Shown: positions 28,425 through 43,300, numbered from the stretch's first letter. The stretch: DNA of 64,000 nt from Antedon mediterranea (GCF_964355755.1 NC_092675.1:27066912-27130911); one strand, 5' to 3'. Numbers and translations are program-made. The notes: generated from the sequence alone by a model not told the origin.

Positions 28425-29478
28425 ACTTTATTCCGTCCAAGTAGATCACTTACACACACCTTGAACCCGGAAATGTTGTGTAACCTTTTTGAGAAGGCCT
28501 AAATAAACATTGTATTTTCTATGTATTACTTCCACTTTTAATGTTAGAAATAAAGTGTCTTGAATAAATTATAATCAATTAATTTATACTATGTTTTAAA
28601 TTCATTTTTACATCCTATTTGTCTGCTAATCTTGATACAGACCAACGTTTCGCGATATTATATTTATAGGCAGGCCTATAATTATTAGGAAGGAACATTT
28701 TGTGTTACAACAATGCCTTTAAGCTGTTCTTGCGCAAATCCCAGTTGTAGCTCTGGCATTGTGTTTAGTTAACAATTATATTTTATAATAATAATAATAG
28801 AGAGTCATGACGCTCGCAAATGCATGGTTTTATTAGCGGATTAGTACGCATGCCCGGGTTTACAAAACTCTTGTTAAGTAACATTTAAGGTGTTCGATAT
28901 TCACTCAGCTAATTTGTAAGATGTAATTTATATTGTTTATGTAGGCATTGTTATTCTATTTATTTCATTAAGTATCTTTTATAGAGTCTGTGCATTTTAA
29001 TTTGATAATGATATCCGAAAAATAAAGAAATGAATGAAATAATTTATTCCGATGATCTTTAATTATACTATATGATTGTTGCCTTTAAGGAAGTTAATTT
29101 GTATCTCCAGTGAGATCTATCCAGTGATATAATATTATAACTTCGCCATTTTGCATTTGGATTTATATTATCTTAAGAATAAAGAACATATATTTCATCT
29201 AATACAAAAAAACTATCAGTGAAGAAACGAAAGAATCAGGAAAACATTTTTTATTGTTTCTTTTCGCCATTATCTTTTTCATTAAATATTCTATAATATG
29301 TTCTGCAAATCAAAGACATTTGAAAAAAAGAAAGATTTGTATGCTTGTATTTATTTATGTTAGAAAGGAAAAACGTAAATCTATTTTATATTACACAGTG
29401 TGCTGAACTTTCAAAGCAAAGTTAACACCCTTCCCCAACTATTGTTTATCTATTGAGGATTGTTTTTATAATAAATAT

Positions 29479-32400
29479 CTAAAGTGCCATATTGCGCTGA
29501 AGCTTGTCATAGGCATTTTCTTCCACAAGATTCAATGGAAGATCTGTGTCTACGTAAGCGTACATTCCCTCTGATGGTACCTTCTCAGGCGTATTCAGCT
29601 TTCCATACTCGTTTTGTTCGCATACTGCGATATCTCCTTTCCTATCACCATTATTCTTTTCACTATGATTGTTTATAGTTGAGTACGGCAAGTCATATTC
29701 ACCATCAGATTTTCCATTGTTCCCATCAGGCTCTAAGTTCATGTTTTCGGCATTCAGGGTATCGTAAACGTCGCAATCATCTTTAAAACCTTCTGTGTTT
29801 GCGTAAAGTGTTTCGTCAAATCCATTTGGAAAGTCGCCTGCGTTTTTCTCCTGTGCTTCTTGTTGCATGTCTGTGACATTTAGAATATCGTATACTTCGC
29901 CTCCATCTTGGGTGAAAACTGGTGTGTTTACTTGTGATGTTTCAATATCTCTATTCGATTGTAAATGTTGAACGTCCCCGACATCAATGGCATTGTAGAG
30001 TTCGCATTCAACGGAAACTGAACTTCCAAAGTCATCTTCGATATCTTCATTACGATTGTGCCTACTACTTCCACTTTGTGTTGCTGATTGCAAATTGTCT
30101 GAATTATGTTTCATTTCTCGCTCGTCCCTTCGTTTTAATATATCTTTTTGTACATCACTTGTTGCTTGTAGTTGAATTCCAGTATCGTATAGAATATTTT
30201 CAACTACGCATGAATGCTGATTATCTGAATGCTCATGAATTATTGCACCATTAGAGTACGAGACACTTCCTATTGTAAAGATAAAATACTAATTTTAAAA
30301 TAAAATGTTTAATATATTGATAGATACTTTAATATTAGCACTATAACTCAAAAATAAGCCTAAACCACACGACCGGGGATACTCGCGTCATTTGAACTGG
30401 ACTGGCTTTAAATTCGGCTATGTTAGGACAACGACAACTTGTCGCGACAAAAAGAGCTCTTTAGAGACCAATTTCATTATGATGGCCAAATGTGGCGTAA
30501 TTCATGGCTATATTCTGTACAAAAAATCAGGTCGCGGGGGTATCATCATGAATTCACTAATTAGATGATGTCTGTCCAGCAGCATGGTACGGGTAAACCA
30601 ATAGTGTACTATGAAAGCAATACTTAACAACCAGCTTATTTAATAATAAACAAAGTAATTTGATAAAACATTTTTTAACAATAAATTGTGTTATAAGGTA
30701 CCACGTTGGTAGGAATACAGTATCATCTATTTGAAGTGTCTTACATAGAATATGTGATGTTCAATCTGATCAAAGTGGGATTAGTTTAAAATAAAATATG
30801 TAAAAACCCTTAATCATAAATTGCTGTAATAAATTGTCTTTAGAATAGGCAACTCGTTTGGAAATTCGATGGACTTTTGGTGTTTAAAAAATAGATAAAT
30901 TACCAGAATTCACATACCTTCATGTTTACTAAGTTGTTTGTTTTTTCTGTATCGGATGAAACAGCACATGAACGTCACAATGACTACAAAAACTACACAA
31001 AAAAGTAAAGGAATTCCGACTGGAACCAGCAAATTAGGATTAGTATTTTGATTATCACCATCTATATACGTAACCTGCGAATGATCTAAAGTAGTCTGTC
31101 GTGTGACATCAATTGGATAGGTAATATATGCTTTAGAAGGTACTTTTGACGTCGACATCGGGTCTGATGAAGAAGTAGACATCAATGATATCATCGATAC
31201 AGACGTCACTATCAGGTCTGATGGAGTAGTAGTTACCAACGATGCCAACTGCGAATTCGATGTATCAGTTGTTGACACTAGACAAATCCCACGATCTACA
31301 ACTGCATTCATTAAAATAAAAAAACGAGGTGTCCTGTCATTAAGTTCACCTCACAAAAATCTAGGACATGTTCCATAACAGTGGATAACGAAAGATCACG
31401 GCTATCATGATATTTTGTATTTTTCTCCATCTGTTTAAAATTATGGGTGAGATAATTTTGTGTCTAGAAGTATCCAGAACCATGTATGGTTCACAATACA
31501 ATGTTTTAAGACATATTAGGCCTCTTATTCAAACCCAAGAGATATGATTAAAATCAAATTAGAACACTTACGATGCAGATGGTGACAACGAAAACAATAA
31601 TGATACAAAAAGGTACGGTTTTTGTTTTTTTTTGTTTACTTTAGTATTTATAACATTGATATTTTAAAATGGCGGTTATAATCAAAAGCAATAACTTACC
31701 AGAAGACTCGCAAACAATGGTATCTACATTTTCTTCTGTGAAGCATTCCTTGTTTTCAATGTATATATCGTTCCAATTCAAAATTCCGTCATCGACTACA
31801 ATCTTTGCACATCCAACATCTACGTTATTCTTTGGAGAAACCTCGACATAGACGTTGAAAGTACTTTTTGATCCAAATGTTAGAATATGGAGAACGTTGT
31901 TTACCAGATGCTTGTACTCATCTTCGCTATTTATTACAGTCAAGTTGCCACCAATCTGTTCACATTCATCTTTGGTATCAACACACGATTCTTCTCTTTG
32001 TGTAGTTCTTATAAATGTATAGCAGCTGGAATTGCTGTACGCATTTTCATCTACAATTTAAAAAAACTCCGGTGTTGAACAAATGTGAGTAAATTTTATT
32101 AGATAGGAGGAGATGGCGGATGATAGAGATATAGATATTTATTTTTCTCCGTGTTATATTGACACTGTTGATTCGTCTATTTGTTTTTTAATATTTTTAT
32201 ATAGTTTATTTTATATCATTGTTGTTACTTTGGGAGTACGGAACCTGAACTCTTGTTATAGTGATTAGGTTCACTTTTAGGTTCCTGCCTACTCCCTTAG
32301 TTTCTGTGTTTTGTTTGTTTGTAACTGGTTTTTGGCAATAAATAATAATAATAATAATAATAAGCTATCTCTAGGCAATCACACTGTTTTGTTTATTTAA

Positions 32401-33940
32401 TTAATTTTTCAAGTTTTAATCTAGTTTTTGACTGGAACATTTAATCTGTATATGGTTTACTACTGTTTTGTCATATATCTCATTTCCTTCCTTAATAATA
32501 TGACTCGTGGCTGTTTGCACTTCGTATATATTTATTAAAAAAACATGTAATATTGACTTTAATTTACCTGCATCGTGCGTGTCTTCTTCTGGATCTTGGT
32601 ATTTCCAATCTCCATCTTCTGGGTATATCAGGTAGCAATCGGAACCCACACAACCAAATCCACTACAAAACATTAAGACATAATAATAATATTTTGTTGT
32701 AAAAGAACGTCACCTTATTTTAGTTTATATCACAATCCCATGGAGAAATTACTCTGTACGTATAAAACAAATATATGTTTAATACAATATATAAAAATAA
32801 ATAAAACATAAATTGATAGGCATATCAATCACGAATCGGATGTCTAGAAAAGTTCATCAAAATTATCAGACTCCTCCATGATGATATAACAGTTTCAGTC
32901 TTGGTAAATGGTGAATCATTTGAAAACTTCGAAATTAAGAAAGAAGGAAACAAGGATGTGCTCCAGCCTCTTTTCAAATTTTTTTCAGCGGTACTCCTTC
33001 TTGTTAACCAGATGCTATAGAATTCATTGACAACTCTTCTACCTAGGCCCTGAATGCCATGAAGAAGATGACCACCTTAACAGTAAAAGAGCTACAACAT
33101 GCAGATGATAGTCGGGAATACTGAAGACCAACAGCTGCAGGGCAATGAATTATTTCAACTAACATACTCTGATTTTGGACTGAAGCTCAACACCAACAAA
33201 CCGAGATCAAGTGTCAACGGAAACCTGGATTGGATCCAGATGAACACCAACATGCCAGCATCACAATTGATGGACAAACCTTGAATAATGCTGAACATTT
33301 CACGTATCTTGGCAGCTGCCTCTCATCTAAACAGACATGGATGATAAAATACAGAAACGACTGAATGCCGCAACCTGGCATTTTAGGATTCGTTGACATT
33401 CCCACTAGATGATTGGTCAAATCACTTACGTTGCGTTACGTCCTTGCGTTGCGTCGCTAGTGGGAACCAAGCTTTAGTGGTTAGGCCTAATGAAGTTTGT
33501 TACGTCAATTAAACTGTTACATTAGTGGTAGATTTTTGTTATATTAGTGGTTAATGTTACATTAGTGGTTGATTTTTGTTACGTTAGTGGTTAATGTTAC
33601 ATTAGTGGTTGATTGTTACGTTAGTAGGTGATACAGGGCCTCAGGCCTCTGCGTTACGTACGTCACTGGCCAAGGACAAAAGAGTCTTGAAAACAGGGTG
33701 TATGAGATTGTGACGAAGTTTGAACAAAATAGAACGGAACATCGAGATGATTTACAAGAGAAGCCTCGTCAAAACTCAAGCACAACTGAGAGCAAACAGA
33801 TGAATACCTTGCCCTATATCCGTACATGATCATAAAGCATAACCAGCTAAATATACTACACCAACATACGGAGGACATTCTGCCCCTGTGATGATAAGAA
33901 TATGAAATCCTAGGGTTAATATACTGAACACCTCCTGCAT
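29479..33940 (-). CDS. CTLD-like receptor paralogue D, long multi-tyrosine tail (~563 aa)
   Basis: Exons 33870-33940 (MQEVFSILTLGFHILIITGAECP), 32568-32662, 31700-32050, 30918-31301 (TM LLVPVGIPLLFCVVFVVIVTFMCCFI), 29479-30269 (YNAI, YDIL, YANT, YDTL, YDLPYSTI, YGKL, YAYV, YDKL). Frame is open. Confidence 0.88.
32833..33390 (+). mobile_element. Degenerate RTE-clade LINE reverse-transcriptase fragment
   Basis: Fragments IGC.EKFIKIIRLLHDD, KQGC, LQHADD, FGLKLNT, HFTYLGS, scattered across frames. Confidence 0.6.
33516..33627. repeat. Short tandem repeat (TTACATTAGTGGTT... units of 17-22 bp)
   Basis: About six recurrences of TTA(C/T)(A/G)TTAGT(G/A)GT. Confidence 0.75.
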
Positions 33941-34828
33941 TGCTTTTGCCTACTTCATTCTTCTTTACCGACATCTAATGAACCCGGAAATTGTAAGTGA
34001 TGACGTGGTATATCCATGGTAATAAATAACCTTTAGACTCCCCAAACAAAAATGTACGAAATTATATTCTTTACTCCCGTGTAATACAATTCTATATTTA
34101 TTCTGTGACTATACACACCGACGCAGATCCGACATGTCCCCACTATCCACACCCCCCCCCCCCCCCCCACCCCACCCCACATATTTTTAGTGGGAGATTT
34201 CGCCCCCCCCCCCTCACCTTTTAACAGCAAAATCATTGTTGAATCAGTGTTGAATACAGTATCTAAGAAGAATAGATTTTGCGTGTGAATATAACCAGTG
34301 GCGCGCTCACAAAGTGTTTCAATTTGTATACCTCCCCCAACCCCTATTAAAAACGGATCTGCACCGTTGACTATACAAACAAATATCAAGTTACTGCTGT
34401 AAGTATTACTGGTAGTCAAATACTCCTTTGTTCCATTATTACGATAAATCATTTACTTTTTTTATAATATTCGAAGTACAATCTTTAAATCTCAGAATAA
34501 TCTCCTTCCAGGTTCGTTACCAATTAGTTCGTTTATACTTTGTTCGGCGTATTTTTCTAATATAGCCTACCACTAATTTAATTACCTAGTATATTTAATT
34601 TTAAGCCTTATCGTTTATAATACAGTTAAAACTGATTTGTGAACATACAGAAACAAAAATTAATATTAAGGATAAATAGCTAGATATCTTGATTAAATAC
34701 AACAAGCGTGCGTGCATCCAATTTGACAATTTTTGAAAATGTATAGGCCTATCACCAGGGAAGGAATTATTAACATTTTTGATCATCTATAACATTCTTC
34801 CAGTAAGACATAAATATACATTTTGAAA

Positions 34829-37800
34829 TTAGATGACGTCCGTGTAGTAGCTACTTGTATTTTTAGAACCCTGCTGAACGTTTGCCGGTACGACAGTATC
34901 ATCGTACAATTGAACGGCAGTTGGCCTACCACGGTGACTAAGCTGGTACAATTCATTCCGATGTGTATCTTCGACGATTAGTTGACTATCCGTCTGAGAA
35001 TCTGCGAAGATGATCAGAATTGTTCTTAATAAAAAAAAACACAAATTAACTATATTTTGGATAAGGTCTTTCGAATTATATAGATACGTAGGTCACAGGT
35101 GTATAAATAGGAATGAGGTTTTGCAAATGAATTCTAATTTCAAAATAAACAGTTATTATTAAGGAAGTAATATTTCTTACCTCTATTATTCATAATTTTC
35201 GGCTGATTCATCTTATGTCGAACGAAAAAAACACCAATGATTATGATAATGATTATAACAGCAGACGACACACTCATAGCAACCACTAAATTTGATTGTG
35301 ATTTCATAACTAGCGGTTGTGTTGATGACATCATTGTTGTTGATAGTCTGGTGTGAGCTGTTAGAGACACTGGACATATTCCAGGATTTAAATCTAAACA
35401 GAATTAAACATTCTATAAATTTAGAACTCACAGAATAATTCATCTGATTAATTATAAAAACATAACAAATGATAGTTAGAAAAATGTTTTAAACATTAAA
35501 ATACAAAAATGATCTTCTCACTATGTTGACAGTTCATTTTGAAGCATTCGGCAAAATTTGGCATATTGACACAAGAATACCTTTTCACAAAACGCATACA
35601 AAAGTGTGTCTATCGGAATAGAGCACGTATTTTGTTTTTAGTTGGAAGGTATTTTTTTTATTAATTTTATTTATAGGCCTAGGTATTTTAAATGTTTAGA
35701 TACCAATATGAGTAAATAATAAATGATAAGAAACAGGTAATTCCAAAATAATATAAAATAAAACATACATAGAAGGTTATTGAATCTTGGTCTAATTTAG
35801 TATTTCAAGAATCTAATCAAGATTTTAAAAATATTCATAACATATAGAAAATGTCCAATGCATTTAGTACTTTTATTGGTGCCACCTTTTGTTAATTTTC
35901 AGAAATAATTCAATAAAATTAATGATGAATTATTATTTTCGGGGCAAAACAGAACTATTCTATTATCCACGTGAAAATATTAATAATTAGTAAAAGACTG
36001 TGATCGACTTACAGGTAGATTCGCACATAATAGTGTCTACCAAACGAGTTGTTGAACAATTGACATTCTGAATTGATGAACTATCAAATATCAGAGTTCC
36101 ATCGTGAACACCGAGTATTGCGCACCCCTCGTTGATATCCTTCAGTAGATTTGATTGTGCGTGAACATGGAATGTTCTTCTTGTCCCAACGCTAGTAATA
36201 TGTACAATATTGTTTACTAATTGATCGTATTCATCATTGGTATTTATAGTAGTGATGTTGCCGCCAGTCTTTTCACATTCAAGTTGTGCGTCGGTACATG
36301 ACATTTGTTCACTCTCTTGCAGTTCCATAAATTGGTAGCAGTTGGGGGCGTTGTATACGTTGAACCCTACAAAGAAGGTAGGCCTTGATAAATGTTTTAA
36401 TCCTATTTTATACAATCTTTGCGGGATAATTAATCTACATAAGGCAGTGTATGCGTTTGACCATCTCCATGCATTGATCTATAAATTACTGTTTTACCCA
36501 TGTTATTTGTTTGAAGTTGGTTTTTTTTCCGTGCATTCATTATTAGGTTATATGCATGATATGCATATAACCTCTTGATTCTGTCAAAATCTTTATTTAT
36601 TTATTTATTTATTAGGTTATATGCATGATATGCATATAACCTCTTGATTCTGTCAAAATCTTTATTTATTTATTTATTTTTTATTTATTTATTTATTTAT
36701 TCTTTCCTTAGCACTATTTTGTCCGTGCATTATCTTGGCATCAGTTTAATCTAGCTAAGTCAAGTTTTCAGAGTATATTCCTCATGGCCAGGAATCGATG
36801 TGGTTATATTTTCATGATGCGTAATCAAAAATTACGCGGTCTACGCGCGATTTTACGAAATCACGTTTGTAATCATATCTTCACAAGCATGAATCACAAT
36901 TAAACAAAATTTGGTACTCATAAATTTCAGGTCATATTTCATCATATGGCAATAAAATTACGTGCGTAGCGCATATAACGCTTTCGTACGCGCGCTTAAA
37001 ATGTTCAAAATTGTCAAAATTTATTTTCGATGAAATTAGAGTACGTTTCAGGCAATTTTAAGCGTTTAAAAAATTGCCATGAGTGCGCAGATTTTTGCAC
37101 GCGCACTGCGCGTTAAACGTTAATGCGCACTCTTTTTGCCCGATTTCTGTTTTACAATCTTTCTTTAATAATATCATCATATTTGATTCAGGTTTCAACT
37201 CGAAATTGCGTTATACGAGCACGTCAAAAGTGACTGGCTACGCACGTATAAGTTAACAAAATGGTAAAAATATGCTAAATTTTAAAATTAATATATATCG
37301 TCAGAATGCAGGGGAACACCTATTTTTTATTTCATTTTCTTGAAGTGTATGTATTATATGTATGATTTATTATCAAATAAAGAGAACAAAAGTTGATTAA
37401 GTCATCATTAATAGCATATTACATTTAAAAAAAATAATTTCGACAATCCAACAAATTATGACATTTTCTTAGGCCAAAATAACAAACTTATCATTAACTT
37501 TCTTCCTTCAAAAATTCATATATTAAAGTTAAAAGTATGTAGTTTGACAGTGCATCATTTGTATACATTTTAAAGATGTCATCATAGTAAAAAATTATAA
37601 TTCATTTCGGTATGTAATAATCTATTTGCATCAAAGTGGTTACTGCATAGTAAATACACGGAGGAATTTTTCTACAACTTTTAGTCAGTTGTGGTCTGTG
37701 CTCGTGTCTATGGCTTTCAAGGTACCGAGATCGAGTCTCACCTTGGGAAACGAAATAAGATTTTTTTTTTATTATCCGTATTGTTTGTTCAAATTTATTT

Positions 37801-39277
37801 CTTAGTGTATAGATTATACACATGATTTATAATGAAATCTAGATAAAAATTAACTTATGTCTTTATTATTATGTAACAACAAATGTGGTTTATGACATTA
37901 TACGCATATGGATCTTTGATCGGATTGTGATACCGGCTATGGTGTTCGCGTTAGCAAGGTCCTATCATATATTATAAATAATTAAAGATTCTGAGAAAAT
38001 CAATCAATTAATATATCTTTTAAAAATCAATTATCTTTATTTAAATCAATGCATATAACCTATAATTCGTCATAGTGACGAATTAAATCTAGTTTCATTT
38101 GAAAATATAATTATCGTAAAATGCTCTTGTAAAATAATTATTAAATTACATTATGATTATTACTTAATTATATGTATATATTTATTATGATTAGGCCTAT
38201 TGTTTTTATTCATATACCGTACACACTATATTAGAAGAATGGAATTCACACTCTTTTCAACATTACTGCCTTTTTTTTGCACTGTCATGGACATATATAA
38301 ACATTTAATCTCATACCTGTTCTATCAATTTTTCCATCTGATTTTTTGTATTTCCAATTTCCATTTTCTGGGTATATCAGGTAGCAATTCGGACCTGAAC
38401 ACTCAAAACCACTAATAAAATCAAAAGATTAACACTATGTAATGCTAGCTTGTTTCGGGACTTTCGATACCACGTATGCTTTCCTGCGGCAGTTTAATAA
38501 TACATGACAAAATCCCCTAAACAATTCCCGAAATTATTTTATGTAGTTTAAGTTTGGTTTGTTATAAGATTACTGAAAAATAAAATCAACATGAATACTA
38601 TTTATTTTGTTATATTCATACTATATTTCAAAAGTTTAAGTTATTTTATATTTGTTTCCCTTTTTACATAATATCTAGGCCTACAGTATAATAAGAGTTT
38701 GTGCGTTTGTTCCTTATATTAGACATTGGATATCAAAATGACTGGAATTGTACTGGGAAGGTTTAAACTACGCCATCTTAGATCCAATATGGTGGCCAAA
38801 AAAGCATCTGAAATCACCTCCAAATATTGTTTTCCCGGTTTCGGATCGTATATTATTTGAGTAAAAGACAACGCGATTCTCGGTGGTGTATTTAGATTTC
38901 CCCAGTATCAAAACATTCCATAATAATTACAGCATCACATGTGTTTCACATGTATCACCTCGTAGACCATAACCTAAGATATGATACACATGCTAAATTA
39001 CTGAAAACTATTTTCGTATGTAAAGATGACATCACCGAGAATTGAGTGAAAAGCCTGCTTTACGATACACATTCCAACCGTTGCCAACGGTATCCTTCCA
39101 ACAACCAGCAAAACGTTTTTGTTTCTTAGATGATTTACTTTACGAAAATTCAGTACCCCACCAGTACCCACTAAAAACAAATAATAGAAAAATGTCTACT
39201 TACGGAGGACACTGTGCTCCAATTAACACAAGTTGGTAAGAAAAAGCTAAGACAATGTTAATCGACTGCATTATCAT
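34829..39277 (-). CDS. CTLD-like receptor paralogue E, short ITIM-type tail (~302 aa)
   Basis: Exons 39204-39277 (MIMQSINIVLAFSYQLVLIGAQCP), 38317-38411, 36013-36366, 35181-35393 (TM LVVAMSVSSAVIIIIIIIGVFFV), 34829-35001 (ELYQL, QLYDD, SYYTDV). Confidence 0.88.
36540..38094 (+). mobile_element. Helentron-associated non-autonomous element (HINE) in intron 2 of E
   Basis: 5' AGGTTATATGCA-TGATA-TGCATATAACCT hairpin (present twice, ~69 bp apart), (TTTA)n microsatellite, 3' subTIR TGCATATAACCT, stem-loop AATTCGTCA-TAG-TGACGAATT, end CTAGTTT. Confidence 0.75.
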
Positions 39278-40370
39278 ATTTATCGATCTTGTATAAGATC
39301 CTCTAAAAGAGGAAGCGTGTCTATGTCACGTTTGTCGCTAATTGTAGTTTCCGACACCGTTTGAATGTTGTTTTCATGTAGTCGATGATAGGCTATATAT
39401 AAATAAATCTGAATCGTTCGTTCTGATTTAGGTTTCTGCTTATTTTATTTTGTATCTCCATTGAGATCCAGCCACTTTTACCCACAGCATTGTCATTTTT
39501 CAGTAATTTGCCTTGGATTAATAAAATATAAAATAAATACATAAATTAATTGTATTCTTAAATTTTTTTAATTCTATAATTGCTTTCACATTTTTTTAAT
39601 CTATATTGTGTTTTTAGCTCTTGCGTTCAGTTTGGTCGATTCTGTTTTGTCAAGATGTCTGTTCGTCTGATTATCTATTTTTTATTTTTTTTTTAATGCA
39701 TTCTGAATCGATGGAATTACATTTTATTTTGTAAATATTCTATAAAATATAAAAAATAACATTATCTGTTGAAGTTCAAATTTTATTCAAAATTTAAAGT
39801 TCTAAAAAGACATCCTCATTGCTATTAGTACATTATTAGTTATTGTATTCTTATCTGATATTATCTGATATTATCAGAAAGAAAAATATCAAGAATGAAT
39901 TTAAACAAATTTTCGAAACATGATATAAAAGTATGGCATTAATGATTTACTGAAAGGAAAGAATTATAGATTGAATATTTTAGATTAAATGTAACTAATG
40001 GTAAAGCTATGGTAATATTGTTAAATATGTTGATTATTCAGTGTCACAATCTTGCAATATTAAAAATCTGTGGTTACCTTTCATTCTGTGCACAAAGAAA
40101 TCCCCCCCCCCTCCCCCCAGAAAGAGAAACAATCTTGTTTTCAAAACTAAATTTAGCTACATTCAAACCAGCATCACATTTATTTTAAGCTTTAACAAAT
40201 AAATGTATTCACAAAAGAGATGGCCATTATTCCATCCTATTTCACAATATCATTAGATCAGAAAGAGTATTATAAAAAAAATCTTTTTGGTCGGCGTCAG
40301 CAAAAATGTTATAGCGTCAAGACTATTCATGATGACTTACTGTACTAGAAAATAATGTTTAATAATAATT

Positions 40371-43300
40371 TTAATTATTAATGAGTTCAATGTATGAAAT
40401 ATTTGGATCATCAACACATTGCTCAGATTTTGCCGGAACGATAATGTCATGGTACAATGTACTCTGGTCAGTTGATGGAACAGCAGCACCATGCTTCTGC
40501 GAAATTAGCTGGTATAATTCATTCTGGTGTGTATCTTGGTTAAGGGATTTACTGTCAGTCTTCTTAGAGTTTACCGAAGGAACGACAGTATCATGGTACA
40601 ATGTACTCTGGTCAATTGATGGAACAGCAGCACCATGCTTCTGCGAAATTAGCTGGTATAATTCATTCTGGTGTGTATCTTGGTTAAGGGATTTACTGTC
40701 AACCTCAGAATCTACAAAGATAAATCAACATGTGGCCAATTCGGACCACCTTTGTGCGATTAGCTTACATATCGCTGTATCTAGATTTCTCATCATTATG
40801 AATATTCGGTGATACAGCATCACATGTGTTTCACATGTATTGCCTATATTATCCTCCTATCAACCTAATTTTAAATGATCAGACACCACGTCAGTAAGCA
40901 TGCTGTATTACGGTACCAGATATTCCTATGATACTGGGCAAAGAGTGTCGTATGTGGAGATACAGCACTGGTTATCGGGTAATAATTGTGGATTGGACGT
41001 TAAGCTGAAGGTCAATGTGTTAAACATACACTTCAATTCATGTCTTTCAAAACAAAATGGGGAAGACAGCTGGATTGCAGAAAAGCGTTGACATAACCTA
41101 TTCAAAAAGAGGCAATAGTGTCAGTGTCAACAGACAACTAGGCCACTACAAGTGCTGTATTTTGTCTCTAAACGTTACGTACCTCTACTATGATTTCTTC
41201 CTGATGTTTTCAACTTGTTTCGTAGAAAGATTAAGGAACACATAACCACAATAGTAATTATAACAGCAGACGACACAGTTATGATATCAACCACTAGACC
41301 ATGACATTTGTCAAGTTCATACCAGGGAGTTGTTTCAAGCAAATTGTTTGGTGTATTCGTAAATGAATTCGCGTTGCTAACAGTGGCACTAGAAGTCGTT
41401 GTTAGATCCAATCGTGACGTTGTCGTTTCTGTCGTTAATTGGCATATTCCAGGAGTTAACTCTATAATAAAGTTTCGATATTTCAATAATGAGTGATAAG
41501 TAAACATCCAATGTATAAGGTAATAATCTGACAATAGTAAGAAATTGATAATAATCATATGCATTACTAACAAGTTATGATTTATAGGCCAGAGTATGAT
41601 ATTCTCATCAAACGCCATCAATATGTTTTATTTTAATCAATATTGGTATGTTAAATTTAATAGACAGTATGCCTACATACATTGTTTCCTTTTATATATT
41701 ATTTTCATTGACGTAATAATAGCAGCAACAATCCATATTGAGCCTACTCGGTAAATATAATGGATACATTAGCTATTTTCACTTGGTCATAAAAAGTTAA
41801 AGTTATTAGTTTGGTATGCACGTTGTCATACTCACCAGTAGATTCACAGATAATATTGTTTATCCTATCAGTTGTTGAGCAGTTCATGTTTTCACTATTT
41901 ACGGTGTTCGACAAAGTTCCATCATCCACATCGATTATTGCGCATCCCTTCTTTAGCTTTTTCTGGCGTAGTTCTGATTCTACATGGACATTAAACTTAC
42001 TACGAGACCTGACACTAAGAACTTGTAAAATGTTCTCTTTTAATTGATTGTATTCCTCAACGCTATTTATGACAGTGATGTTTCCGCCAACCATTTCACA
42101 TTCACGTTGGGCATCAATACACGATCTTCGTTTATTGCTCACTTTTATAAATGTATAGCAGTTGGGGTGGCTGTATACATGGTCATCTACCAAAGAAAAA
42201 GAGATACTTTATTGTCTGCCAAAAAATTACACTTACAATTAGGCCTACCTAATTAAATAACATTTAAAAGACGTAGCTATTTAATAATACAATTATAATT
42301 GTAATTATTTTAACCGATGTATTAATATTTAAACATCTCAGATGTTTCGGAAGCTTTACATATTGTTAACGGATTTGGCGAATTTTTACGGATTCGACAC
42401 ATTTTTACGGATTTGACGCATTTTTACGGATTTGACGCATTTTGTATTTTCATCACCACGAGATGCATGGTCATCTTTGTTCTGTGACATTTTTTTCAAT
42501 ATTATGTTATTGTTTTCTTTTCATGTAGTGTGTTTGTAATTCAAATTATTCTTCAAAATAGTTTATTTTAGCAATTAGAGTACATTAATTATTTTATAAA
42601 TGAAAACCAATGCGGAACAATAGTTTACAATGACAGTAATAATTATAATAAAGCTTAATATGATGACTGCAAATATAGCACCTGCATCATGCGTATTTCC
42701 GTTTGGATCTTGGTATTTCCATCTTCCATTTTCAGGATAAATCAGGTAGCAATTATTCACACCTGAACAATCAAAACTACTATAAAACAAAAATAAATAA
42801 ATTAAAAAGATTTAATTTAGAACTTCGAGAATGGCCAGTTGTTTCATTTACCTTTGTAAATACAAACACATAGGTCTATAATTATAAATCTGTCTGACGT
42901 AGTTTGTTTATATTATTAGAAGGAACTTGACCAATTGGATACTGTACGTTCATAAACTTTAAAAAACAGAATCATATCAATTAAGTGCTAACAAATTGTT
43001 GCTTTCAATGATTTCTGTTTATAGATTCGTGTTCGTGTGTAGATTCTCGACACTAACTTTTTTTAAATTAGGTTCAACAATCCAAAGTTATCTTATATCA
43101 AGTGTTGTCCATGCTCGGATTCTTTTACCAAACACCGAACGGGCCTAAAATAAAGTTCTTGCAGTAGTAACTTGGTTGTAGCGTCTCTTTTCCATTATTA
43201 TTCTGTTTTCAGTTTTACTTTTATGCTATGATTTGGTATCGATAGCTGTGTTTCGTTTATCCGGTCAATTTCAGTTTTTTAATATATTTTTGAAGATATG

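Noticed and set aside
34151-34213. Poly-C tracts (also ~18846 and ~40102) as functional G-quadruplex elements; ORF 34033-34452
   Set aside because: Simple homopolymers with no positional conservation among paralogues; the ORF has no recognisable features.
38686-38900. Possible Helitron 5' end (TATAATAAGAGTTTGTGCGTTTG...)
   Set aside because: No matching 3' hairpin + CTRR end could be located.
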